This document shows positions 39,221 through 51,084 of a stretch of 64,000 nt of DNA, piece after piece. The position numbers and the translations under genes were made by a program. The stretch's first letter is position 1; each line of letters begins with the position of its first letter. A model generated the notes under the pieces. The model had not been told where the DNA came from, made no database searches, and saw only the letters and a list, made by a program, of their open reading frames with translations. This DNA is from Eledone cirrhosa (lineage: Eukaryota). The stretch is from the NCBI GenBank assembly GCA_964016885.1, contig OZ024741.1, positions 194,618,001 to 194,682,000 of the forward strand, given 5' to 3'.

Positions 39221-41990
39221 TGGGTGAGGTATATCAGGGATGAGTGGGAGGTATATCAGGGATGAGTGGGAGGCAAGTAAGCAAGTTTTACGTCCACTAG
39301 ATGTATAGGATATTTAGTTGGTGAGGGTGGGGTATTAAGATTGGGGATGAGTGAAGAGAAGATTGGTGCAGATTAGTGTATCCTATACATATTTGTTTCA
39401 TTTCAGTGCACATGGGAAGGCAGGTCTTCCACAGTACAGCATGATACCAGAGATCTCAATCTTATGTCATCGCCTTTGTCAGGTTTAATTGGGCAAAGTC
39501 AGTTTTTATCACTTCACCCTAGGCTTTTCTCGGTCTTCCTTTTCTATAATTTCTGTCGACTTTGAGCACCCTGCATCTTTTTATACAGCTGTCCTCCATA
39601 TGCATCATATGTCCATACCACTGCAATCTCCTCTCTTGCATCTTGTCCCTCTTATGCCCAGTTTCTCTCTCATTTCATTAACACTTCACTGTTCATTAAC
39701 ACTACTATTACACATCCATTGAAACATGCAAGTTTCATTTCTTTCCAATCTTTGTAGTTCCTCTGCACACTACCCAGATCTCACTTCCATGCAACACTGC
39801 TGTTCATACACAAGCGTCATACCATATGCTGCCTTTCATTTTGAAGGGAAAACCTTTTGTAGTGTAGCAAATTACTTTCCTTTGGCGCATTGATAGGCCA
39901 TCCGTGTGTGATTTGGCTAAGTCAGACCAATCGTGAGCCATGCACAGATATGTATTTTCAACTTCCACCTAAACTGAGATTTTCCTGCTACTTTCGATAA
40001 ACTCTTTCTCTTGTTGCTTCAACTGTGGAAAGGTAAACACCATTTTTCTTTTGCCGTTGACTACTAGCCAATATGTAACAACAACAATATAACTGTGGCC
40101 TGACCAGCACTTCAGCCAGTTGACCATACTTTCTAAACTCTTAATTTGTTTATTCATTTGTTTGGCATGCCAGGTCAACCCAGCTCAACCTTCGTAATCA
40201 GTTTGTAAATAAATTATGTAAAAACATTGTAAAGTCTTGTGATGCTATTACCACAGCCATGCCTTTAAATGTGATATGGAAAGATCCTTTCCAGAGTTAT
40301 TATCACAGCAGCAACAGAACCTGAGACTTACAACAGAACCTGAGACTTACAGCCGAACCTCAGTTCAACTAACATAACCATTTAACAAAACCGTTACATT
40401 TATTGATATAACAAAACCATACCTTTCCTGTTATAACAAAATACATCATTATTATTATTATTGTCGTTGATATTATTATTACATGGCATAATATTATTTA
40501 ACAGCTAAATTGGTGAGTATGAAATGTCTGCTATATTGGTGACCTCTGTTGATACAAATACAAATATTATTATCATTATTTTATATCCTGTTAAAGTAGC
40601 TAGCAGTAGTAGTTCCCTGAACTTTTTCCAACCCATTCTTGCTTTGGCTACTTTATTTTCAGAACTCCCCCCCCCCCTCCACTGCTAATTTGGTCACCCA
40701 GGTAACAGAAACTATCAACTACTTCTATGGAACTCTCTGAGCATTTAATAATAATTGTTTCCTGGGAGCTCTTGCTATTTACTGCTCCTGTGCGTCAGCC
40801 ACATATAAAACCTATGTTCTTTGCTAACCTGCCTGATACCCTATTACATCTTGTGTAACTATAGTTTGCATTTGGGATATAGGATGGAATTTCTACGCAC
40901 TCCTTTCTTGCACACTGAGGCCACTTCCTTGAAGAGATCTAGGCCCTTTTTTCTTTCTACTTACTACTATGTCAAGTTGACTTTAAGACCTTTTGCTTCC
41001 AAGCTATGCATCCAGGTTCAAAATTTCTTTTTTAATTCTGCCTTAGGAGGGTTAGATCATCGGCATATAGGAGTCCCATGGACAGCCAGCCTTAAACTGT
41101 TATAGCCTGCAGGCTGATAATGAACACGAGAGGGTCAAGAACAGAGCCTTGATAGACCCCCTACTTGCACACTAAACTCCTTACTATAATTATTGTTAAT
41201 TCTAACCTTGCTGACTGCTCCTCTGTACATGGCTTGTACTGCCTCCACAAGTCAATTGTCTGCACCTAGTTTTGTAAGATTATGGAATAAGGACTCTGTC
41301 AAATGCTTTCTCCACATCAACAAATGCTAAGTAGAGGGACTTACTTTTAGCTAAGTAATTCTCTTGCAGTTGCCTCACAAGGAAGAGGACATTAACGGTA
41401 CTTTTATCCAGGATAAAACCAAATTGCATCTCATCTAGATTAACTCAGTCCCTAATCAACTGTGCTATAATTCTTTCTGTAACCTTCAAGAGCTGGTCCA
41501 TCAACTTAATACCTCTAAGTTTCCTCTATCTAGTGCATCTCCTTTGCCTTTGTAGCAGCTGACGATGATACTGCTACACCAATCATTGGGTATGACACCA
41601 TTCTGTACTACTTGGTTTATGATACAGGTAGTTAAGGTGTGACCCCCCTCCCCCTATCCTAGATGTTTTCAGCATCTTAGCAACTATTCTCGATCATCCA
41701 ATTGCTATCCCTGTCTTTATATCCTTAATTGCCTTACTTACTATGCTGCTGCTAACTTGTACAGCTCTTCCCTCTGATGGGTCCACTTGGGATAGTCTAT
41801 CTGCCTCAACAGTCTCTCATAATGGTGCTTACATGCTACTTTCTTTTCAGCGTTTGTGAGGGCAAGTGTTCCATTATCATCTTGGAAACTGATCCTCTGC
41901 AATCAAAGACTCTTGCAATGCTTGCTTTACACAGACACTTCCTTGTCAATTTTGTCATCAGGGATTCAGTGAACCAGTGATTGTCCTGTA
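39220..41990 (-). mobile_element. Decayed RTE LINE interrupted by a solo LTR
   Basis: Colinear with 3100-5000; sequence resumes across the 39863-40595 insertion. Confidence 0.85.
39863..40595. mobile_element. Solo LTR-like element (733 bp) with 4-bp TSD GTAG
   Basis: TGTAGCA...TGTTAAA; GTAG at 39859-39862 and 40596-40599. Confidence 0.8.
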
Positions 41991-42090
41991 ACTAATGGCA
42001 ACACTATTGTTCACTAATTGTGATGTAAAATACATAAATGAAAATATAAATGGAAAAGAAAAAAAACATTAAAATGTGTCACTAACTTAC

Positions 42091-42155
42091 ATTGGATTTG
42101 AACCAGAAACTTTTGCTGAAAGTGATCTTATGTTGTGCTGTGAGGGAGATGTTAT
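42091..42155 (-). CDS. Putative exon 2 of upstream TM ORF
   Basis: CTCTGTTTCAG acceptor and GTAAGT donor; ITSPSQHNIRSLSAKVSGSNP, phases 0/2. Confidence 0.6.
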
Positions 42156-42185
42156 CTGAAACAGAGATATACATATGAGTTCAGT

Positions 42186-43060
42186 TGTGGGTGGGGATTG
42201 TTGGTTGTGATAGAGGTGGTGGTGGTGGTGGTGGTGGTGGTGTTGATGGTGGTAGTGGTAGTGATGGTGGTAATTGTGGTGATTGTAATGGTGGTGATTC
42301 TGATGGTGATGGTGGTGGTTGTGATGATGGTGATGGTGGTGGTTGTGATGGTGAGGGTTGTGATAGTGGTAATTGTGGTGGTTGTGATGGTGGTGGTGGT
42401 TGTGATGGTGGTTATTGTGGTGGAGGTGATGGTTGGGGTGATGATGGTGATGATGATGGTGGTAGTGGTAGTGATGGTGGTAATGGTGGTGATTCTGATG
42501 GTGATGGTGGTGGTTGTGATGATGGTGATGGTGGTGGTTGTGATGGTGGGGGTTGTGATAGTGGTAATTGTGGTGGTTGTGATGGTGGTGGTGGTGGTGG
42601 TTGTGATGGTGGTTATTGTGGTGGAGGTGATGGTTGGGGTGATGATGGTGGTAATTGTGGTGGTAGTGATGGTGGTAATGGTGGTGATTCTGATGGTGAT
42701 GGTGATGGTGGTGGTTGTGATGATGGTGATGGTGGTGGTTGTGATAGTGGTAATTGTGGTGGTTGTGATGGTGGTGGTGGTGGTGGTTGTGATGGTGGAG
42801 GTGATGGTTGGGGTGATGATGGTGGTAATTGTGGTGGTTGTGATAGTGGTGATGATGATCATAATTATGGTTGTCGTGATGGTGCTGGTGGTGATGATGG
42901 TGACAATTGTGGTTGTGATGGTGGTGGTGGTAGTGATAGTGATAATTGTGGTATTTGTGATGATGGTGATGATGATGGTAATTATGGTTGTTCTGATGGT
43001 GGTGGCAGTGATAATGGTGACAATTGTGGTTGTTGTGATGGTGGTGGTGATGATGGTCGT
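42186..43060. repeat. Compound (GGT/GAT) trinucleotide repeat with higher-order duplication
   Basis: Triplet-periodic low-complexity tract producing spurious poly-H/T/G/V ORFs. Confidence 0.95.
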
Positions 43061-43211
43061 AGGTTTTGTGATGCCTACATGTGAGCAGTGATGCTACATA
43101 GCAGTAAAACACGAGTCTTAACTGCAGAGGACTTAGAAGGGCTGGAGTGAGGTGCAATGAGTATGCTATTCAGTTGAATCAATGACCAACAGCCTCGCTA
43201 GTGGTGGTAAC

Positions 43212-43615
43212 CCAATGAAGCACCTAATACACTAGTGGGGTGGTTGCAGTTGAGTGGAGCTTCTAGCAGTAGAAACAATGCCAAAAAAATTTGAGAGGAC
43301 CCTTCAGTCATGACATCTCAACAACTCTGGTGCTGGTGCCACAAAAAATTGCACCTAGTACACCCTGTAATATGGTTGGTGACAGGAAGGGCATCTAGCT
43401 GTAGAATCTATGCCAATGAAGCACCTAATACACTAGTGGGGTGGTTGCAGTTGAGTGGAGCTTCTAGCAGTAGAAAAATGCCAAAAAAATTTGAGAGGAC
43501 CCTTCAGTCATGACATCTCAACAACTCTGGTGCTGGTGCCACAAAAAATTGCATCTAGTACACCCTGTAATATGGTTGGTGACAGGAAGGACATCTAGCT
43601 GTAGAATCTATGCCA
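43212..43615. repeat. ~200-bp tandem duplication
   Basis: CCAATGAAGCACCTAATACAC...AGAATCTATG occurs twice, nearly identical. Confidence 0.92.
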
Positions 43616-44039
43616 AAAAAAGGCTCAAGATGGCACTTGAGTTGTGTCAAGGACACGACGACCTTCCTAGGGTTAGTGACACAACAAAACACAACCAGTA
43701 CAATTTGTAAAGAACTTAGTGATAAGAATGGCAGCCAGCTGTAAAAAACTTGCCAAAGGGTAGAAACGACTCTTCAGTTGTGTCAAAGACATGATGACTT
43801 CGCTTGAGTTGGTGCCATGATAAAATGCATGGGGCACTCTGTAAAGTGTGGGAATGTATGTAAGTGAGATACCAACCCCTGGTCATCTGAGAGAAGAGTG
43901 GCTCCATTTAAGTTCTTACTTGGTCAGTGGCAACCTATCCAACCCTTGCTAACAGGGAAAAACAGACATCAAATTATGATGATAATGTTATATAATGTCT
44001 TTGTTACACACACACACACACTTACTTACTTACTTACTC

Positions 44040-44275
44040 ATCATCATCATCGTTTAACGTCCATGTTCCACGCTTGCATGGGTTTGGATGGGAGTTTTCC
44101 CACTTGAGGCAAGAGTGGTTGTCTTGCTCGCATAGGACTGTCTGGCGGGTTTTCTACAGTTGGATGCCCTTCCTAACACCAACCACATTTACAGTGTGGG
44201 ACTGGGAGGTTTTTACCGTGTTGCCTACACGGCCACATTACAGCGTGGACTGTGCGTTTTTTTGTCGTTATGCAA
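44040..44275 (-). mobile_element. RTE 3' UTR fragment
   Basis: Near-identical to 2722-2960; another copy at about 34892-35050. Confidence 0.88.
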
Positions 44276-45609
44276 ACACATAATTTAAAAAAAAAAACTT
44301 ATAATTTTAATAGAATATATTTTTATTGATCTTGAATTTGGAGGTGAGTCAAAATGAACTGCAGCTGAATTTGAACTCAGAACAGTGACACAGTAAACAA
44401 TCCAGTGCAAAGTGCTACTCTCCTTGTTTATCAATGCTGCTGCAGTGTCAACAACAAAAACAACAATATATTATACTGGAATTTCTTTCAACATGCTGAC
44501 GCATATGTGTATATGAGTGTGTGTGTGTGTGCATACATTTATATGTATGAGTATATAAATATAAATGCGCAAACACAGACATACTTACAAAAAAAACACA
44601 CTCACAGATATACATTCACACAAATACACACATACATTCACACACACATATATTCACACAAACACATGCACACATATATTTACACACATATACACATACA
44701 CTCACACACAGCATAGCAAATGGAACGCCAGCCGCTGTTTTACTATAGTTTTTTCACCATCCCCTTCTTTCCTTCTACACACACATACATTCACACAAAC
44801 ACACACATGAGACAAATGGAAGTCGCTCAAATTTATACATTATATGAAGGGCTATCAGAGTGATGGATTGGGAGAATTGGTAGAGAATCAGATAAAATGT
44901 CATTGTGATATTTGTTCTGACTCTTTAAATTTTAAATTCAAATCCCACAGAGGTCAACTTTGCGTTTCATTCTTCCAGGGTTGATAAAATAATGTACCAG
45001 TAATGCACTGAGGTTGATTTAATTAACTTTGTTCTTCTCCCAAATTTTTTGGCTTTGTGCCTAAATTAGAAATCAATACATGAAAAACCAGCATAGTTTG
45101 CTAATGTCTGAGATATAATCCCAGAGACATAATCTCCATTACTGAATTTAATTATGAAATGTAGGAGAGACAAGTGACAATGTGGCAGTCTTTACACTCT
45201 GGTTAGATAATCCATCTCAACTGCAGACTTAATACTGCAGCTAATGCACCGAAGTACAAACAGAAGCTGATGTACTAACGTGCAGATATCAGCAAATGTA
45301 CTGAATTACAAACATCAGCTGTAGTATGTACTTTAGTACATAATGCAGCTGATGCACATAAGCGCATGCTGCAGTTGATGCACTAAAGCACAGCCAGCTA
45401 GTACACTAAAATACAGAAATACATACTGGAGCTATTGCACTAAAGTACTGACTGCAGCTAATGCACTAAAGTACATAATACAGCTAAAACACTGAAATAT
45501 AGACTGCAGTTAATGCACTGAAGTATAGGCTGCAACTAATGCATGGAAGTAAAAGTGTAGATAATGGAAATAAAGAGAGCAGATAATGGAGTCAAAGTGT
45601 GCAGATAAG

Positions 45610-46700
45610 TGTGCACACTTTACAGTGTAGGCAGTGTACATTTTACTGTGGCACCAGCACTACACTTTACAGTGTAGGTTGGGTACATTTTACTGTGGTA
45701 CCAGCACTACCACTTTACAGAGTAGGCTGGGTACATTTTACTGTGGTACCAGCACTACCACTTTACAGAGTAGGTTGGGTACATTTTACTGTGGTACCAG
45801 CACTACACTTTACAGTGTAGGTTGGGTACACTTTACTGTGGTACCAGCACTACCACTTTACAGAGTAGGCAGGGTACATTTTACTGTGGTATCAGCACTA
45901 CCACTTTACAGAGTAGGCTGGGTACATTTTACTGTGGTACCAGCACTACCACTTTACAGAGTAGGCAGGGTACATTTTACTGTGGTACCAGCACTACCAC
46001 TTTACAGTGTTGGCAGGATACATTTTACTGTGGTACCAGCACTACCACTTTACAGAGTAGGCTGGGTACATTTTACTGTGGTACCAGCACTACCTCTTTA
46101 CAGAGTAGGCAGGGTACATTTTACTGTGGTACCAGCACTACCACTTTACAGTGTTGGCAGGATACATTTTACTGTGGTACCAGCACTACCACTTTACAGT
46201 GTTGGCAGGATACATTTTACTGTGGTACCAGCACTACCACTTTACAGTGTTGGCTGGGTATATCTTATTGTGGCACCAGCACTACCACTTTACAGTGTAG
46301 GCTGGGTACATTTTACTACCACTTTACAGTGTAGGCTGGATACACTTTATTATGGCACCAACACTACCACTTTACTGTGTAGGCTGGATACACTTTATTA
46401 TGGCACCAACACTACCACTTTACTGTGTAGGCTGGATACACTTTATTATGGCACCAACACTACCACTTTACTGTGTAGGCTGGATACATTTTACTGTGGT
46501 ACCAGCACTACCACTTTACAGTATTGGCTGGGTACATTATATTGTGGCCCCAACACTACCACTTTACAGTGTAGGCTGGATACATTATATTATGACACTA
46601 GTGCTACCACGTTACAGTCCTGGCTGGGTGCTTTTATCATGGCAACAGCACTACCACTTTATGGAGTGGGTTGGGTGCATTTATTGTGGTACCACATGAA
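45610..46700. repeat. 48-bp minisatellite, ~22 copies
   Basis: Unit TGTGGTACCAGCACTACCACTTTACAGAGTAGGCTGGGTACATTTTAC. Confidence 0.95.
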
Positions 46701-47060
46701 CGTTTTTGACTGCCAAAAACAATAAATTGTATAAAAGATCATTAACATTAACTCATGGATGGAAGACAGCACACCAAATTCAAAACTAGCCAGTTTAAAA
46801 AGTAGTCAATTTTCTGTTTTTTTACCAGATTTCCAGAATCCAGATAAATGGTTTGGTAGCTGTACATTAACAAAGAGAGCCTAAAAAGGTATAATGGTGA
46901 AACATAGTTCAGGAAAATCCCAGATGGTTGCTTCAGAACAAAATAATAACAGGTGGTGTGAGAGATACAGTCAGGTTGGTAATAACAATAGAAGGAGAAG
47001 TACAGAAAACATTGACAGTAGAGAGGGAGAAGTTGAGTAAAACATTTGATAAAAACTTAC

Positions 47061-47351
47061 CGATAACCTTCGTGTTTGATGTATCTGGTTGTGAACTCGG
47101 TTCTCTCTGTCCAGTAGTGGGGAACCGTTGTGATGCCATGAAGCCAAACTGCTTCTGTCCTTCTGTTGTTTTACACCATCATGTCTACTTGCAGTTCGAA
47201 CAGCCATTAGACTATAGAGAATACTTGATGCAAATGATGAGAGAAGAGCCAGGGCTATGGCCCATGCTATAGCTGATGTCTGTACATTACCACTGATGAA
47301 TACTCTGGAATCTGATAGGACAGAGTTAATATAACCCTGTATAATGTTCAT
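47061..47351 (-). CDS. Putative exon 1 of an unknown single-pass membrane protein (97 codons)
   Basis: TTCCAG|AACTGCCATG acceptor and start; hydrophobic SAIAWAIALALLSSFASSILYSLMAV; TCG|GTAAGT donor in phase 0. Confidence 0.55.
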
Positions 47352-49482
47352 GGCAGTTCTGGAATATAAATAACATAAAATCAAAAACATTGAGAATAAG
47401 ATAATGAAGGATGAAATGGGATTATCATCATCATCATTGATTTTTTTCCTTAGGCACAATATCTCAGGTGTAAAAGAAGAAATGTGTGATTATGACATAC
47501 ATGACTTTCACAAGAGCACAGACACTACAAGTGATGTGAAATAGCTACAATCAGAAATTGAAACTCAGTTGTTAAGTTAGCTCTTCAGCGTATTATTTCT
47601 TGCTTCATTCTCTGAAATTGGTAGACAGAAACTGTATATTATATGTGTGTGAGTATGAGTTTGTCTCTGCATGTCATTGCATTTGCACTGTTTAGGCAGT
47701 CAGTGGGCATTTGTTTATGTACTGCATAAACAATGTCTCACAGTTTAACATTTTGATATGTGTAGTTCAGTGAAATAAATGCATTACGTAGAAAAAAAAA
47801 TAAGGGTTGGCTTTAAGAAGGGCACCGAGCCATAGAATAGTGCTTCAAAAAATCTTGTCTAACCCATGAAAGTGTGGAAAATTTGACATAAAAAAGAACA
47901 AAACAACAACTAGATAAGATTATTATTTACTGATCACCTTAACACATTCTATAACAATTCAAACACAGAGACAGACAGAAGGATTCTGAACCCCAGTAAA
48001 ATCCCATATTTATGAGACTGCAAAAAATGTTGAAAAGGTAACTTCAGAATTTCAGTAGTATGAGTCAATGTTTAAAGTTTTTAATTGCCAGCAGGGAAAG
48101 TGGACATTAAAATGATGATGATGACAATCAGTTATTTAGACAACTGCAGTCCTAGTAATCTTCTTCATTGAGTCCTTTTGCTTCCCATAGAGCAGTAAAT
48201 GATGAGAGCTCTCCATTCTGTACAGTTACAAACCTTATCACAGGTGTGCTCCTAGGTCAGGTATCAGTGTGTTGTTACTGCAGCAATTTTCATTAATTGA
48301 GGTATGGTCGCTAGCCTCAGGCTCCATCTACCCCGCCTTTCTCAACATAGGCTGAAAACTAACCTAACATTTCAAAATCAAAGTTGGGTGGGTTCTGTAA
48401 CCCTGGATAGGGTCCCATTTCAGCTGAAATAATTTTACTCTATCTTCAAAGGAACATTAGATCATATTATGTCCAGTGTGTATATATATACATCTTTATC
48501 ATCATCATCACCATCGTTTTTATGCCACTTTTCCATGCTTCCATAGGTTTCATGTGTCCTTGTCAACATGGTATCCCCCCACTCACTGCGTTATTTCATC
48601 ATTTCTTTTATGAGTCTCAGTGATTTGAGGTCAGCTCTCACCACATCTGCCTAAGTTTTTCTTGGTCTACCTCTACTGTGGCTTCCTTCCACTGGGATTT
48701 TCTGGCACTTCTTCACCCAGAAATCATCATCCAAGCACATCACATATCCATACCAACAGTCTTCTCTCCTGCACACCATCTCGGATTCCTCTTAAACCTA
48801 GCTTTTCCTGTGGCCACAATCTGGCTTGCCAAACCAGTCTGAGTGGAATATTGCTTAACAAATATTAATGGGGCTAATAGCTGTTCCAATGTTCAAAAGT
48901 GACCCGCCAATGAAATATGTTACACACCCCTGTTATAGATGGTTGTGCTATACTGATTTTATTAAAAATTCATCTCTTGATGAAGAACGGTGGTAAAGCT
49001 GTAACATTCATGCCTTGCCCAAGCGAAATATTTATATATTATTTATCTTATTCAGATGAAATTTTTATTTACATAAACTATCAATTTGCAGACAAAAAGT
49101 AACTAGAGAAAAAACAAAGAAAACAAAAAGCGGAAAAAAAGCAAAGATATGCACACTCAAGTATACACCACAACAGGAAGGGGGGCTGGAATTTCTCTCC
49201 AAAAACTTTAGAGGCAAGCCAAAACGCCTTATTGCCATGGGTGATAGTGAGATTAACGTACTGGAATAACCAAGCACCCTTCCAGCATGCTTTTCTCAAT
49301 ATGTTGTTTAGCCCATGTTACCCTGATCATGCAGTACCGAACAAAGTCATTCTAACAGTGACTATCACGTCTTTTTCATACTTATGGCAACCATGTGCTA
49401 GAGATTCTCAATTTTTACTTAATCGGTAGAGCATGGTTTAAATTTGGCTACTATTTTTAACAGTTTGATCGACTACGTAGAG

Positions 49483-49766
49483 CAGCGGTTTCCAACCTTT
49501 TCACAACCAAGAATCCCTTAAAAGTTAAAGGAATTTCCCCATGGACTTCTTTCTCAACCTTTGTTTCCTTTCAATGTTGCTATACAGCGAGAATAACAAT
49601 GAAAAGAAAGAAATGTTTATACTTTGAGAAGAACGTATACTCAATAGCGCGTGTATATTGTTTTTATTAAAGTATTAAACATTTGTTTAAAACTTAGCTC
49701 ACGGAGACCCCCAGTACCACCTTTCTAGGCACCTGGAGTCCAAGGACCAGAGGTTGGAAATCACTG
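49483..49766. mobile_element. hAT-like MITE
   Basis: TIRs CAGCGGTTTCCAACCT and AGGTTGGAAATCACTG; no clear TSD. Confidence 0.7.
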
Positions 49767-49910
49767 GCAGAAGGGCTGAAACAGAAAGAAGGGAATCAGC
49801 GGCTTTTACCTTTGTCCACAAAGGGAGACACAGAGTGGTCTTACCTTCACAGTTGATGTAAACAATACACGATGTTGTAGTTGCTGCCTCCTGCAGTGTG
49901 TGTGTGTGTA

Positions 49911-49991
<81 letters not shown>

Positions 49992-50379
49992 AGAGTGTGC
50001 GTGTTTTAGTGCAAAATCATCATCAATAATATGCTGTTAATGATTTCTTCCTCTGATTCGTAATCAGACAAAGGTTTACTGAGTGAGCGACGGCTGGGTT
50101 CCGGTAAAAGGGAAAGATGAAGGTTGGATGGTGGTTCAGTTGAGGATGAGAGAGGCAAGCAGTAGATGGAGACGAAGATTACGATGGAGGAAATGGTGTT
50201 GGTGATAGCAGGGGAGAGAAAGGAGGGGAAATAAGTGAGCACCTGTAGATGAAGAGCGAGGATGTATGGATATATAGTTGTAGAAATAGTCGTGGCAACA
50301 GCTGCGTAACATGCTGTCAGTTTTATCGATGTGTGGACAAATCGATATTACAATACATTTTATCCCTCTGTCTTCTCCC

Positions 50380-50450
<71 letters not shown>

Positions 50451-50525
50451 CGAACGAAATGTATAAGGAACCAGATGGACCATAACGCACCAAAGTACTC
50501 AATACTTAGGGTAGTAGAGTGGGTA

Positions 50526-50643
50526 ATAGGAACGAGTAGGACCTCGACGGCTGAGCTCAAGCCGTTTCGACGGCTAATTCTGAACCCAATCCAGAATTAG
50601 CCGTCGAAACGGCTTGAGCTCAGCCGTCGGGGTCTTACTCGTT

Positions 50644-50648
<5 letters not shown>
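50526..50648. repeat. 57-bp inverted repeat (9-nt loop) containing the 3' half of a hammerhead ribozyme
   Basis: Arms 50526-50582 and 50592-50648 differ at 2 positions; contains GAAAC-GGCT-loop-AGCC-GTC. Confidence 0.9.
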
Positions 50649-50725
<77 letters not shown>

Positions 50726-51084
50726 ATGTAGAAAGGATAACACACTAGAGGGAGAGAGTGTGTGCGATCGATAAACAGGGAAACCACCAGTGTATGGAAT
50801 CTATAAACTACGGAAGGTGAAGTAGACACAATAATTAAAAATATAAATCAAAATGAATATACCCACCTCTATATCAAATAACATTACAAAGCGTTTGCAA
50901 TTCTTTCAGAATGAAAATATAAACAAAGCATATAAATAAATTTACAATAGAATAACATAACAAATATGTTTTAAATATATACATAAATAACATTACAAAT
51001 GCTGAGATAACATTATAAATAGCTCGCGATTCATTCAGAAAGATATATTCCTTTAATGCTACAATATTAAAGAAAATGTAAAGG

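Noticed and set aside
42087-43157. Long His-, Thr-, Gly- and Val-rich ORFs
   Set aside because: By-products of a triplet microsatellite open in several frames.
45599-46725. 363-aa repetitive ORF
   Set aside because: Translation of a 48-bp minisatellite with frame switching.
37215-47139. Alternative-frame 54-aa spliced ORF starting MASQRFP
   Set aside because: Shorter and downstream of a better ATG; cannot be fully excluded.
46928-47272. Plus-strand 114-aa ORF
   Set aside because: TTG start, upstream stops and no good acceptor; splice signals favour the minus strand.
49809-50330. Possible non-coding first exon and promoter (donor AAG|GTAAGA at 49845; GTGGCAAC half X-box near 50292)
   Set aside because: Plausible for the minus-strand gene but not supportable without transcript data.
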